A DNA stretch of 64,000 nt from Narcine bancroftii. Its lineage: Eukaryota. The notes beneath the pieces are model-generated. The model had not been told where the DNA came from. It ran no database searches and was given only the letters and a program-made list of their open reading frames with translations. Position 1 is the first letter of the stretch, and every line of letters begins with the position of its first letter. The stretch lies in the NCBI RefSeq assembly GCF_036971445.1, contig NC_091473.1:187550001-187614000 (forward strand). The letters are read 5' to 3'. Position numbers and translations under genes: made by a program. Shown piece by piece: positions 12,001 to 25,296 of the stretch.

Positions 12001-13375
12001 GTCCCCCTCTCAGCCCCACGTCCCCCCCCTCAGCCCCGCGTCCCCCCCTCTCAGCCCCGCGTCCCCCCCTCTCAGCCCCGCGTCCCCCCCCTCTCAGCCC
12101 CGCGTCCCCCCCCTCTCAGCCCCGCGTCCCCCCCCTCTCAGCCCCGCGTCCCCCCCTCTCAGCCCCGCGTCCCCCCTCTCAGCCCCGCGTCCCCCCCTCT
12201 CAGCCCCGCGTCCCCCCCTCTCAGCCCCGCGTCCCCCCCTCTCAGCCCCGCGACCCCCCTCTCAGCCCCGCGTCCCCCCTCTCAGCCCCGCGTCCCCCCC
12301 TCTCAGCCCCGCGTCCCCCCCTCTCAGCCCCGCGTCCCCCCTCTCAGCCCCGCGTCCCCCCTCTCAGCCCCGCGTCCCCCCCTCTCAGCCCCGCGTCCCC
12401 CCTCTCAGCCCCGCGTCCCCCCTCTCAGCCCCGCGTCCCCCCTCTCAGCCCCGCCTCCCCCCTCTCAGCCCCGCGTCCCCCCTCTCAGCCCCGCGTCCCC
12501 CCTCTCAGCCCCGCGTCCCCCCTCTCAGCCCCGCGTCCCCCCTCTCAGCCCCGCGTCCCCCCTCTCAGCCCCGCGTCCCCCCTCTCAGCCCCGCGTCCCC
12601 CCTCTCAGCCCCGCGTCCCCCCTCTCAGCCCCGCGTCCCCCCTCTCAGCCCGCGTCCCCCCTCTCAGCCCCGCGTCCCCCCTCTCAGCCCCGCGTCCCCC
12701 CTCTCAGCCCCGCGTCCCCCCTCTCAGCCCCGCGTCCCCCTCTCAGCCCCGCGTCCCCCCTCTCAGCCCGCGTCCCCCCTCTCAGCCCCGCGTCCCCCCT
12801 CTCAGCCCCGCGTCCCCCTCTCAGCCCCGCGTCCCCCCTCTCAGCCCCGCGTCCCCCCTCTCAGCCCCGCGTCCCCCTCTCAGCCCCGCGTCCCCCTCTC
12901 AGCCCCGCGTCCCCCCTCTCAGCCCCGCGTCCCCCTCTCAGCCCCGCGTCCCCCCTCTCAGCCCCCGCGTCCCCCTCTCAGCCCCGCGTCCCCCCTCTCA
13001 GCCCCGCGTCCCCCCTCTCAGCCCCGCGTCCCCCCTCTCAGCCCCGCGTCCCCCCTCTCAGCCCCGCGTCCCCCTCTCAGCCCCGCGTCCCCCCTCTCAG
13101 CCCCGCGTCCCCCCTCTCAGCCCCGCGTCCCCCTCTCAGCCCGCGTCCCCCCTCTCAGCCCCGCGTCCCCCCTCTCAGCCCCGCGTCCCCCCTCTCAGCC
13201 CGCGTCCCCCCTCTCAGCCCCGCGTCCCCCCTCTCAGCCCCGCGTCCCCCCTCTCAGCCCCGCGTCCCCCCTCTCAGCCCCGCGTCCCCCCTCTCAGCCC
13301 CGCGTCCCCCCTCTCAGCCCCGCGTCCCCCCTCTCAGCCCCGCGTCCCCCCTCTCAGCCCCGCGTCCCCCCTCTG
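12001..13375. repeat. About 20-bp GC-rich minisatellite (CCCCGCGTCCCCCCTCTCAG)n
   Basis: Near-perfect tandem units over about 1.37 kb in the TMOD4 intron after coding exon 2. Confidence 0.97.
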
Positions 13376-13915
13376 TCCCACCCTGCCCTGCATCCACCCC
13401 CGTTCAAATTTTCCCACCTCTCCTCTTGTACACTTGCTCTCCCCCTCTCCATTACGCTATCTACCCTCTCTCCATATTCCTCTACCTTTCTCTCCTCTCC
13501 ACCTCGCTCTCTCCCCTCTATCTGCCTCCATCTCTCACCTCCTCCTCCTCATTCTCCTCTCATCCCTCCCATTCCCTTTACCCGCCTCCCTGACTCTCCC
13601 ACCTGACCTCTACCCTCTGATTCCGACCCATCCTCCACTCTCTCCTTCCTAACACATCGCCTCCACTGCTGACTCTTTACCCTTCCAACTACCCTCCACT
13701 CTCCTGCGGACTCTCTCCTCTCTCTCCCTGCTGAACCTCCCATTCTCTCTCCCTCCCTTCTGATTTGCTCCCTCCCCCTCCCTGCTGACTCTCCCTTTTC
13801 CTACCCCCTCCCCGCTGACACCCTCCACCCTCTGCCCTCCCTCCCTCTCCTCTGCTGACTCTACCCCCTCCTCCATCCCCTTTCCTTCCCACTGACCCCC
13901 CCAAACCCGGTATAG

Positions 13916-14041
13916 GTAAGCCCTTTGTGCCGAAGCAGCGGGAATTGACCCAGTTTGAGAAGGATGCGGCCGTGATCCTGGAGCCTGAACTGGAGGAGGC
14001 TCTGGCCAATGCCAGCGACGCCGAGATGTGTGACATTGCCG
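13916..14041 (+). CDS. TMOD4: Tropomodulin-4 coding exon 3
   Basis: (G)KPFVPKQRELTQFEKDAAVILEPELEEALANASDAEMCDIA(A); TAG acceptor, GTGAG donor, phase 1 to 1. Confidence 0.95.
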
Positions 14042-14450
14042 GTGAGGGAGGGGGACAGGGAGGAGAAGAAAGGGGGGTTGGACAGAGGTGGGGAGAGGGG
14101 TTGGTTGGAGTGGGGTAGGTGTTGGAGGGGGGAGAGGGGTTGGACGGAGAGGGGTTGGACAGAGGTGGGAGGATGGACTGGGAGATGGGGGGAAGAGAGG
14201 GGGTGGAGAAGGAAATGGAGGGGGGGGAGAAACAGAAAGGGGAGAGTAGGTGGAGGGAGCTGCCACAGGAGCTCTCCTATTCCCTTGACTCAGCTGTGGG
14301 CACAGCGCCAAGGCAGGCGGCTGAGATACGATACACACACAGGTGGGTAATCCATTCCTCCGGGAGGTTGCAGGGGTCCAGATGGTTCCCCACTCTCTGC
14401 AGGGTGGGGGGGGTGGTGTTAAACAGCCTGTTCAGGGAAGTAACAGCTAT

Positions 14451-14878
14451 GTGGAGGGAGCTTCACTCTGTGTCCGATCCTGGGAGTGTGTGACAGGATG
14501 GTGCAGAGGGAGTTTCACTCTGTGTCTGACCCCAGGAGTGTATGACGGGACGGTGCGGAGGGAATTTCACTCTGTGTCCAATCTCAGGAGTGTGTGATGG
14601 GATGGTGCAGAGAGAGCTTCACTCTGTGTCTGACCCAGGAGTGTGTGACAGGACAGTGCAGAGGGAACTTCACTCTGTATCCGAGCCTGGGAGTGTGTGA
14701 TGGGTCGGTGCAGAGGGAGCTTCACTTTGTGTCTAACCCCGGGAATGTGTGTCGGGACGTTGCAGAGGGAGCTTCACTCTGTGTCTGACCCGGGAGTGTG
14801 TGATAGGACAGTGCGGAGGGATCTTCACTCTGTGACTGACCCTGGGAGTATGTCATGGGACGGTGCGGAGGGAGCTTC
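14451..14878 (-). repeat. 52-bp dispersed minisatellite array
   Basis: Unit CACAGAGTGAAGCTCCCTCYRCACCGTCCCRTCACACACTCCCGGGGTCAGA (reverse complement here). Confidence 0.9.
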
Positions 14879-14923
14879 CTTTTGTCCCCAATTCCCTGAC
14901 CCTCCTTTCCTCCTGTATTGTAG

Positions 14924-15013
14924 CCATCCTGGGCATGTACAAGCTCATGAGCAACAAGCAGTACTACGATGCGCTCGGCAGTGGAGTCATCATGAACACG
15001 GAGGGCATTAACA
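14924..15013 (+). CDS. TMOD4: Tropomodulin-4 coding exon 4
   Basis: (A)ILGMYKLMSNKQYYDALGSGVIMNTEGIN(S); LMSNKQYYDAL is typical of TMOD4; TAG acceptor, GTGAGT donor. Confidence 0.95.
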
Positions 15014-17090
15014 GTGAGTGCTGCCTCTCCCTCCCCTGCCCTCCTCTACCTTTGGGGAGGGTAAATGCCCCTCCTTCCCATGACCGCCCATTTGTCTGTT
15101 CGACCATGGTCACCCTCTCCCTCACCTCTGTTGTATTATCAGTGCTGCCCTGCTTTATCAACAACTCAGGGTCAATGCCCATTTCAGCTTGGGGACGGAG
15201 CAAGCCCTTTGGCCCACATGACTGTGCTGTACACAACGCTCCCTCTCATTTTAAAAAGTCCGTGTGTGACAAAAGTACACTACAACTCCAATTATCCGAA
15301 ATGGTCGGGACCGGGCCTATTTCAGATGAAGTAAATTTTCGGAGAACTGGTAATTTTTTAAAAACAGCCCGTTTAAACAACAGCAAACAGCAAGGGAAAA
15401 TTAATAAAATAATGTTTAATTAAAATAATATTTAATTCTCACAAAAAAATAAAATGGTTAAAATAATGTCTCACCAAAAATTAATAAAATGTTTCTCACC
15501 AAAAATCATTAAAATATTGTTTAATTAAAATAATTTTTAATTAAAATAATGTTTAATTCTCACCAACAAAAACCCTGACCTGAACCAAATGCGATTAAAC
15601 CCAACACCAAACACTGGAAATCACACTCGATAAGTTTTTCAACCTGTGACGTTGGCTCAGAAATCTTTTTTTTTTAATGGGTAACTGGGGATCTCGGACA
15701 TCCTCGTTTATCCCAACATTTTTCAGAGGCGAGAAATGGCGTCATTGCAGCTTCAAAAATCTTTCGGGTGAATTAGAATTTCTGAAATCCCCAGTTATCG
15801 GGGGGGGGGGGGGGGCTGGAATTAATTTTCAGAACCGAACTTCCCCCAGGTCCAAAATATTTTGGATAAAGGAGGACTTGGGACCGTCAAGGTTGTGTGA
15901 ACGGATGCACGGAATGTAAACTTGAAACTGAAGATGATTTCGCCACAGCCTCTCTCTCACGGCTAACAAAATTGTACTGGCGTATTTTAATTTAACACAA
16001 TATTACCACGTGATGTATTTAGTTAGTAATTATTAATTACTGCACTATTTTTGGTAACTAACCTTTAATTTCCTTGGTGTGATTACAAAACGTGTGTGGG
16101 GGTTCATTCACGCTCAGCTTAGAGGGAACAGTAGCTGCACATCATGGGCAAATTAAACTTTCCGGCTGGCACCCACACCATCTGCCTGGAAACCTCTAGT
16201 CCGCCGCAATTGAACCTGCTTCCCCTGGAGCACCCCCCCCCCCCCACCATCTCCTTTAAACTTACCCACTCCAGTCTGTTGAACTTTCATCCGGGAGAAC
16301 AGATTCCAGCAGAGTCCAGGCCCTTCAGCCCACGATGTTGTGCCGACCTTCTCCACAACGTCTCCGCAGGGTGTGTGTTGTTTCCCCCCCCCCCAGCCTC
16401 TGACCCTCCAGGGGGTTAAAAAGTCCCAGCCTTGCTTTGACCTCCACCCCTTTCCAACATCCTGGTGAATCTCCTCTTCTGATGTGCTGGCACACCTCTT
16501 AAATATTTCCTCTTCGCCTTAAACCTTTGACCAGGACACAGAATGTTCCAGTGTGGCACAGGCCCTTTGGCCCACAATGTGATGCCGGCCCACATAAACC
16601 CTCTATTTTTCTTTCATCCACATGCACGACAGAGTGCTTTAAATGCCCCCAATGTTCCAGCCTCCACTACCACCCCTGGTGAGGCATTCCAGGCCCCCAC
16701 TCTTCTCTGGGCAAAAAAACCCACTTACCTCTGACATTTCTCCTATACTTTCCATCATTCGCCTTGGGCAGGGTGGGGGGTGTAAGGTGCTGGCTGTCCA
16801 TCCTGTCTATGCCCCTCATCATCTTATAGACATACAGCATGGTAACAGGTCCTTCTGGCCCGCGAGCCTGCACCTCCCAGTTACACCCAATTTACCTACA
16901 GCCTCCAGTGGGAGGAAACCCCTGCGCAGACAAGGGGAGAGCACACAAACTCCTCACAACCAGCGCTGGACACCTCCATTCCCTCCCTTCATGGCTCCAA
17001 AGACAAAAAGCCTTTGCCTCAGAAGATGAATGCTCCAGCCCCCAAGGTTTCTACCTTTTTTTTGTTCCATGTTCCTGTTACGTCCCTCAG

Positions 17091-17227
17091 GCGTGGTGAA
17101 GCCAGATTCTTACGAGTACAAACCCGTCCCTGACGAACCTCCCAACGAGACCGACGTTGAAGACACGCTCAGGAGAATAAAAAATAACGACAAAAACCTG
17201 GTGGAAGTTAACTTGAACAACATCCAG
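17091..17227 (+). CDS. TMOD4: Tropomodulin-4 coding exon 5
   Basis: (S)VVKPDSYEYKPVPDEPPNETDVEDTLRRIKNNDKNLVEVNLNNIQ; CAG acceptor, GTAAC donor. Confidence 0.95.
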
Positions 17228-18709
17228 GTAACGCACTCTGTCGGGGGGGTGGGTTGAAGCTGGGGAGGGGGGCTCTTAACTGATCCACCGTGCTTCTGTC
17301 AAAAGTTCAAGGTTTTTATCGTGACCTGATAAGTACAGTAAAAACCCCTGCTATCCGGCACCTATGGGTGTATTTTCCGGTAGTTTGAGACTTACACCTG
17401 CATTAAGGGTAAACGGTTTAAAAGACAAAAGTACTTAACACTGAACAAACTTCACTTGCATGAATATAAAAACCTTTCAGCATTTTACGTTATTTTCAGT
17501 CACATCCAAAAGTGTTTAACCGTCGCTGCATCTGCAGGTTCATCCCCCTCCAGACATTAGAGATAATTAAACCCTCCCCCCCCCCCCCACAAAGTTTACA
17601 GATAAAGCCTCAGACAACTTTTACTAAGGGAACACTTTGGAAGAGTCCACCCAGCGGCATCGCCAGATTTCACACAAATTTACTCAAACCGCTTCTGCGA
17701 GCAAAGCCTGGCCAACGTCCTCCTTCCGCTGCTCTTCACCAAAGGTTCATGCATTACTCCAGAGAACATTTACAATTAATTTTTTTAATTTATTTAAATG
17801 TTTACATTTATTTATTTTTTTTGCCGGTGGCTTGAATTCTGGATAACATGGGTTATTCTGTACATAAAAATGTCGTATACATGACGTATGTCGGAATTTT
17901 CCCCGCCACAAGGTAAATGTAGAGTCGCCTTGTGCATTTCCCGGTGCCCCTAACCACAGGAGAAAGGGGAGCAGAAGTGAGTCTCCCTTCACTGGGTCCA
18001 TGGATTCACCTCCATTGCTCTTGCAGTTGCATGGACGCCTGTTTCATCCATCGGCGACCTGGGCTCCAGATCCGAACCTCCGACAGGATCAGGGAGCCTG
18101 AGGCCTCTTCTTGACTTCAGCGCCCTCTCGAATCTGGGTTCTGCTGCCTGGTTCCCACTGTGACCCCAGTGTGAGCCCTTCGGCTGCAAGTCATCAGCAC
18201 CCCTCGCAGGTCCGCTGCCCTGGTCACCGTCCGGTAGGAACGTCTTTGCTTCTCCTCAACAGGGGGTGCCCTCTCTGCTTCTAGTGCCCCACACCGGTCT
18301 GCTGCTCCCCCACAGACTGCAACCCCTCATGGTCCGTGGCCAAAAACATGGGCCGCCATCTTGGGCACTGAACTATGTGGTTGCAGCGTTTAAAAACAAA
18401 AACCATCACCTCTTCTATCAGACAATTTAATGCCCACATGGGGCTTGGAATCAGACCCAGGCAGTAGGACACTGCAGAGCAGCAGTGTATGTCTGCTCCC
18501 TGCACTCCTGGGTCTGCATTAGCAACTTTGCTGCCATTCCAGCAGTCTGGCAGGGCCACTAATTGATTTTCTGGCTGGGGTTTCAAAATAAACTATCAGT
18601 CATCATACAGGATTATCAAATGAACTATTCAAGAAATGTTGAATTTTCCATTTTTCTTAAAAAGCTCTTGTTTATTAATTCTAGAGAGTGCTGGAGGTTG
18701 ATTAAGTTG

Positions 18710-19080
18710 CAGAGTGAAGCTCCCTCTGCACTGTCCCATCACACACTCCTGGGGTCGGACACAGAGTGAAACTCCCTCCACACCATCCCATCACACACTC
18801 CCAGGGTCAGACGCAGAGTGAAGCTCCCTCCGCACCGTCCCGTCACACATTCTGGGGTCAGACACAGAGTGAAACTCCCTCCGTAACGTCCCGTCACACA
18901 CTCCCAGGGTCGGACAGAGTGAAGCTCCCTCTGCACTGTCCCGTCACATATTCCTGGGGTCAGACACAGAGTGAAGCTCCCTCTGCACTATCCCATCACA
19001 CACTTCTGGGGTCAGACAGAGTGAAGCTCCCTCTGCACCGTCCCGTCACACACTCCTGGGGTCAGAAACAGAGTGAGCTC
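18710..19080 (+). repeat. 52-bp dispersed minisatellite array
   Basis: Same unit as 14451-14878, about 7 copies. Confidence 0.9.
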
Positions 19081-19147
19081 CTGGTGCACTTTGCTTCCAA
19101 ACATGTTATATTCCCACATTTCTGAGCTGCCGATCTCTTGCCCCCAG

Positions 19148-19255
19148 GATATCCCCATCTCTATGCTGAAGGAACTGGCGGACACCATGAAGCAGAACCA
19201 ACACGTGCAGGTGGTCAGCTTGGTGGCAACCCGGAGCAACGACCCTGTGGCTCAC
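19148..19255 (+). CDS. TMOD4: Tropomodulin-4 coding exon 6 (LRR domain)
   Basis: DIPISMLKELADTMKQNQHVQVVSLVATRSNDPVAH; CAG acceptor, GTGAGT donor. Confidence 0.95.
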
Positions 19256-19419
19256 GTGAGTGGGTCTTGAGCGGTATGGGGGTTCGCTGGTCCAGTGACT
19301 GTGATGCGCCCTGACCTCGGTCTCCTATTGGTGGGCAAGCAAAGCTGACCAATTGGCTGGCCAACAACGTCTCTCTAGGGAAGATTTTATAATCAGGAAA
19401 TCCGGAGTCAATCCTCTAC

Positions 19420-19750
19420 CCGGGACCCCTGCAGTGTCCCTCTCCCCAGGACCCCCGCATTGTCCCTCTCCCTGGGACCCCTGGAGTGTTCCCAGGACCC
19501 CTGCATTGTCCCTCTCCCTGGGACCCCTGTAGTGTTCCCACCCACCCCCACGACCCCTGGAGTATTCCAAGGACCTCCACAGTGTCCCTCTCCCTGGGGC
19601 CTTGCAATGTTCCCAAGACTCCTGCGGTGTCCCTCACCCCCCTCCCTCCCCGGACACCTGCAGTGTCCCTCTGCCCAGGACTCCTGTGGTATCCTGCACC
19701 CCCCCCTCCCCCCCCCCGCGTCTCTGTACAGCTTTCTGGGACCCCAGTTG
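19420..19750. repeat. Degenerate tandem repeat of about 28 bp (GGACCCCTGCAGTGTCCCTCTCCCC)
   Basis: Visible directly in a TMOD4 intron. A different repeat of about 31 bp lies at 20030-20170. Confidence 0.75.
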
Positions 19751-19842
19751 TGCAGACCCCAGGATAGTTGCTGCTGACTTCTAACATAGCTGAGCAGTGA
19801 GAGGCTGCGAGCGTTGACGTCCCTCTACTGTTGCCACGACAG

Positions 19843-19986
19843 GCTCTGGCTGGGATGCTTGAGGTGAACACTTCTCTGAGAAGCCTGAACATTGAGTCAA
19901 ATTTCATCACGGGAGCAGGGATGGTGGCAATTGCAAAAGCAATGAGGCAGAACAGGACGGTGACCGAGTTAAAGATCGATAACCAG
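19843..19986 (+). CDS. TMOD4: Tropomodulin-4 coding exon 7 (LRR domain)
   Basis: ALAGMLEVNTSLRSLNIESNFITGAGMVAIAKAMRQNRTVTELKIDNQ; CAG acceptor, GTGAG donor. Confidence 0.95.
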
Positions 19987-20289
19987 GTGAGGGAGAGATC
20001 TGGGGTCTGCTCACTTGGGGGGACGGGTCTCAAACACACGACCCTCACTGAGGGGACAGGTCCCGCACACTGACCCTCACTGGGGGATGGGTCCCACACC
20101 GACCCGACCCTCACAGGGGAATGGGTCCCACACACACTGACCCTCACTGAGGAGATGGGTCCCATACACACACACACACACACAAACACACTCAGATGTA
20201 CAGAAATGAAGATGAACTCTGGATCTTTGGTCAGAACCTGCAATATTTATCTTCTCTCCAAACCTCCCCCCCCCCCCACCCCCCGGTAG

Positions 20290-20434
20290 CGCCATCAACT
20301 GGGTGATGCTGCCGAGATGGAGATCGCCAGCATGCTGGAACAGAATACGAACATTGTGCGCTTCGGTTACCACTTCAGCCAGCAAGGCCCACGGGCCCGC
20401 GCTGCCATCGCCATCACCAAGAACAACGACTTGG
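20290..20434 (+). CDS. TMOD4: Tropomodulin-4 coding exon 8
   Basis: [48 protein letters not shown](V); TAG acceptor, GTGAGT donor. Confidence 0.95.
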
Positions 20435-21288
20435 GTGAGTGCACCACCCCGATCTCTGAACACTTCTGCCCAGTTCTCCCGTCCCAGCTTAGGGGTCCTT
20501 GTAGCCGTGTTGGGCCTGGAGGGTGTTTTAGGACTGAGGCTTGGTCTTTTCCTCACCCCCCCATCCCCACCCAGAGCTGTGATGAACGGGAAGGACGGGT
20601 TATCTGAAATTGTCCAACAAATGCATTTTGGCGTGGGATTGGATGGGGCAAAGGGGGGGGGGGGGAAGTTGCGAGCCTAAGTGTTACATAATAATATATC
20701 AAAGATGTAATATGCAGGATTTACTTCAACTGTTGTCTGCCATTAGGAGAGACATTGACCTCCAAAGCTCCCGCAGCTGCGCAGAACTCCTGGTTGATCC
20801 ATTGGCCATCCGGGCTCCAGATCCGAACCTCCAACACCATCAGGAAGCCCCTTCAGCACCCGAGGCCCCTTCTGGCCCCCCCCAATCCCACTACCTGGTC
20901 CCCACAAGCTGGTCTCCAGCAGCCCCGCTGACCGTGTGGGTCCTTCAGCCACAAGCCTCCAGGAGCCCGCAGCAGAGCGTCGATGTTCCTGGTTTTGTCA
21001 ACATCCAGTGCAGGAACAGGCCCTTCGTGTCTGTGATGACCCACTTATCTGCACCCATTCTGTTTAATTCTCCTGATATTCCTGTTGATGGCCCCTGTTT
21101 GGGGGGGGGGGGGCTAGAGTTCACCGGTGGTGGTGGGGGGGGAGAACCAACATGGTCACAGATGGAGCACAGGGAGCCGCAAATTTAGAAAGGGGTGTCC
21201 GTTGGGGAAATGGCAAAGCAGGCCAAATGTCTAACTCCCTCCTGTTCTTATGCATTTCTCTCCCCCCCCACCCTCCATTACCCCACAG

Positions 21289-21311
21289 TGCGCCAGCAGC
21301 GGAGGCGATGA
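21289..21311 (+). CDS. TMOD4: Tropomodulin-4 terminal coding exon
   Basis: Pyrimidine tract plus CAG, then (V)RQQRRR*, similar to the human TMOD4 end RRQQKKR*. Confidence 0.85.
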
Positions 21312-23019
21312 GCTGATCGTGGAAGACAGCAGAGGTTTGACCATCTCGCTGGATCCTCTCCCTGTTTGTGGGCAGCAGAACTTTGCGTGGGGAGCCGCAA
21401 TACTCGCGCTGTGGCTGCGACCCGCTGCCCGTTTTGCTTCATTTTGGTCAGGGAGGGGTTTGGGTGGGGGCCGCGCATGTGTGAGGCAAGTAAAGGTTCG
21501 TGAAAAAATTTTGGCTGGAGATGGAACGGCTCTTTACCCTTGTTTGGCGGGTATTGCAGAAGGGGGTGGCAATGTGGGAATGGGGGGAAGGGTCACCTGG
21601 ACTTGGATGGTAATCGGCTGAGGGATTCTACAAGGTCCTGGAGGCGCAGTGGGCAGGGTCACTGGCCTAGGGCTCAGAAGAGACTGGTTCGATCCCCTCC
21701 TCTGGCTCAGTGTGCATATACATGCGTGTCCGTGTGTGTATACATGCCTGTGTGTACACGTTGATCCCCACTTCTGGTGCTGTGTATGTGAGTGAAAGTG
21801 TAGGTGCACATGTCTGCGTGTACCCTAACCCTCCACAACCTCAGTTACCCCCGGTTCCACATCCACATGACATGACGGGTCAGTGAGCTAATTGGCCACT
21901 GGTAATCACCTCCTCCCCATAGAATCTGGAGCACAGAATCAATCAGTCTTAATGGCAGTGTGATGATCCACATGAAGTTGTTGGGCTGCATAACCTGTTC
22001 TAGTGCTGGAGTAAGGTGAGGGGGAGAAACGGTTCAGGTGCTGAGCTCTGGGACAGCAGAGGGACCTCAGAATCATCTAGCCCCTACACTAACCCCACCC
22101 CCCCCCCCACCGCTCCTGGGGACACCTGATCTCTCTCTATGGCTCTCGTCGGGCAGAGAAGATTGACGGGGATGTTGCCAGGACTCGGAGGACCTGAGCT
22201 ACAGGGACAGGTCGAGTAGGCTGGGGCTTTATTCCTTGGCGGGGGTGATCTCACAGAGGTGGACCACAACAGGGGAGGGCAAACCTTGCCCAGAGTCGGG
22301 GAAATCGGTGACCAGAGGTTTCAGGTGAGAGGTTTAACTGGAACATTTTGTTTTACACACAGAGGGGTGAGTGTATGGAAAGGGGGGCTGGTTGAGACAG
22401 GGACTGCTGCAACATTTGCACGAATAAGATGGGTTCGGAGGGACCTGGGCAGGCGGGACAGTTCAGTGGGTGTGTTTCCGTGGTGTGTAACATCACTGAA
22501 GTCACATAATGGAGGGATTCTGTGAGCGACAGTCCAGAATAATCGCCCTGCGGTAACCCTGACTCAGTACAAAATGAGAAGGGAAATAACCCCACTACCA
22601 CCCCCCCCAACAGCCCTCCCTCCCCTGCCCATTTCCCTGGCAGAAGGTCTCGGTCACTTGCCGACCAGCAGAGGCCTCGGGTAAGGACAGGGCCCGCCCT
22701 TGCACCGGGAGATCTCCTCACGGGCGGAGGGTCACCAGGGCTCTGAGCGAGGGGGAGAAGCTGGAGGGACTCAGTGAATGACTTGCCTCCCCCACCCCAC
22801 TGACTCTTTGCCAGAGGAAGTGGAGGGATAGATCAGTAAGTGTGAGATGATACAAAGAGTGGATGTGCTGTGGATAGTTAACGTCCTTTAAATGTTGAGA
22901 CAGTCCCCTCTATCCCGCTCCCCTCTTCCACACACTCACTCCCCTGTGCTCCCCCCTCCCACCGTTAATTTTTTTAAAATTTAGACATACAGCATGGTAA
23001 CAGGCCATTTCAGCCCATG

Positions 23020-23215
23020 ACAATTAACACCCAATTAACCTACAACCCCCCCTCCCTCCACCAGCACACTTCGAAGGGAGGAAACCGTCGCCCCCCCCCA
23101 CCCCCCGAGAAAACCCATGCAGACACAAGCTCCTTACAGACAGCAACGGGATTCGAACCCTTGTCCCGATCGCTGGCGCTGTAAAGGATTCGCGCCAACT
23201 GGGCCGCCCACATCC
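23020..23215 (-). mobile_element. tRNA-derived SINE (HE1/V-SINE-like)
   Basis: Minus strand ...TTTACAGCGCCAGCGATC...GGGTTCGAATCCC (B box) GTTGCTGTCTGTAAGGAGCTTGT. Related copies near 45285-45335 and 62900-63050. Confidence 0.65.
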
Positions 23216-25296
23216 CGAATATCTTGCCCCTTCTGCAATAGATTTCAGGCAGGTAAAGAGGCCCTTCAGCCCACAGAATCTGTGCTGACCCATTTATTTT
23301 GACATTCCTATCAAATTTGCCCATGCCTGCCACCACCCCCCCACCCCACACCCCCAGATTCTACCTAGGGATTTGCAGAGACTGACAAGCCCACTGACCG
23401 CACACGTCCATGTGTGGGCCCTGCTTGGGGTCTGCACGGTTCCTGGTATGCGGACCCTGTTCCTTGTGTGCACGTCCTTTGCAGTGAATACCACGCCTTT
23501 CTTTAAAACAAAAAAGAATTCGAGGGTGTGTCTGCACAACCCTGGTCTTCCCCTTTCCCCATGCCAGGATTCAGGAGACTCCACTGCCTGGCTTGAGGCC
23601 GGACCTGGCTCATCAGCGCCCCCTGCCTACAAGCCGTGGACTGCGGACCCAGAGCCTTGAGGACAGTGGGGAAAGCAGGATTAGTAACCGGAGAAGTTGG
23701 TCAGTGCCACAGATCCCTCTCCTGGGATAAAAATAATTTAAAACCATGTTTGGACATGGAGTTTGGAGGGAGCAGGCTCTTATTTTGGTTTCTTCAAGAC
23801 AGGCACACGCGTGTTTAAAAAGAAAATGTGTGCGCGTCTTTAAAAAGAACTTGCGCAGGGATGTGTGGGGAAAGGATCAAGATAATGAAAAAACGCACAG
23901 GTGTGCATACAGTGGCAGCGCGCAAACCATGCATGTGCCAAAAAAAGAGCACATACATGGACGGGCCTGTGTACAAACTGCATATCCCAACTTTGAACAC
24001 ACCGTCAACATGGAGTGAGAGGGGGAGGACATGAGGAGGTGCCCGCCAGTCGGCTCGGAGCCACTCACACTCAACCCCCCCCTCTCCCCATGTAGGATCC
24101 GTCCGCGCCGCTTGTCAGATGCAACGGCGGCTAGGAGTGGGAGTGTTGGGAGGGGGCTCGGATACCATCACCTGGTGTCCATGAACTGCCTGGTTTGTCG
24201 CCAATCACAGCCACCATCCCAGTCCCCCTTCCCACATGGGCCCCAGTCCACACCACGTCCCCAGGCTCCTTCCAGCCCTCTCCATCTTGGGGTGCACGGT
24301 GATGGGGAGGAGGGCACAAAGAGGGGGAATGTGAGGAAAGGAGAGGTGGAAAATGGGAGAAATGGAAATGGGGAGAGAGAGGAGAGGTGGAAAGAGGGAG
24401 ATGGAAAGGAAAAGAAGGAGAGATAGAGAGTTTGAAAGAGGAGAGCTGGGATGTTCTTCCGACTGAGATAGCTCAGAGTCAGAGGCAAGGTCACCTGCAG
24501 ATGACCAACCAGTCCCAGCTGCTGCCTGGGGTATCTTTTTATAGGGAGCAATTGTTGATGGAGAATCCATCGGTGGGGGGGAAGTGGGGAGAGGGAGAAA
24601 TATGAAGAAATACTATACACCTCCCAATGGGAATGGGGGGGAGGGAAAGAGAAAGCCAGTTAATTGGGGAGGGGACAGGCAGTGACTATTACATGGGCAG
24701 GGTTCAGAAGGATATGAACCACACAGGTTGCCAAGGCCAGAATCTGGTCACCTCACTGCACGGACGGATGTGGACGCTGTCGGGGAGATTCACAAGGACG
24801 CAGCCTGGATTGGAGAGGACACCTTGTGAGGGCAGATTGAGCGAACTCAGTCTTTTTGGAGGGATGGAGGATGAGGGGGAGGGTGCTCTGAAAGAGGTTT
24901 TAAATTTTTAAATTTAGACGTACAGCACAGTAACAGGCCCTTCTGGCCTATGAGTCGTGCCGCCCAATTGACCTACAACCCCCAGTAAGTTTTGGAAGGT
25001 GGGAGGAAACCCATGTAGGAACAGGAAGAACATACAAACTCCTGACAAATTTAAACCCCGGTGGCAGTACTCTCCCTCTTTCCTGCCGCCCCAGGGTTCA
25101 CAAGACAATGAGAGGCATTGATTGTGTGGACAGCCGGAGGCTTTTCCCTAGGGGCTAAAATGCAGAGGGGGGTAGTTTCAAGGGGGTTGGGAGTAAGTGC
25201 GGGGGCTGAGGAATTGCAAGAGGTAGGTTCTTCACACAGAGAGGAATACTCTGCCAGTGTTGGTGTCCACTATACCTCCTCACTGCCCCCTCTGTA

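Noticed and set aside
11473-13652. Long 706/565/535-aa Pro/Ser-rich ORFs
   Set aside because: They are translations of the 20-bp minisatellite and C/T tracts, open in all three frames. Only 11770-11926 is a real exon.
24096-24184. Alternative last exon of TMOD4 after a pyrimidine tract plus TAG
   Set aside because: No tropomodulin or leiomodin similarity. The exon at 21289 already gives the expected C-terminus.
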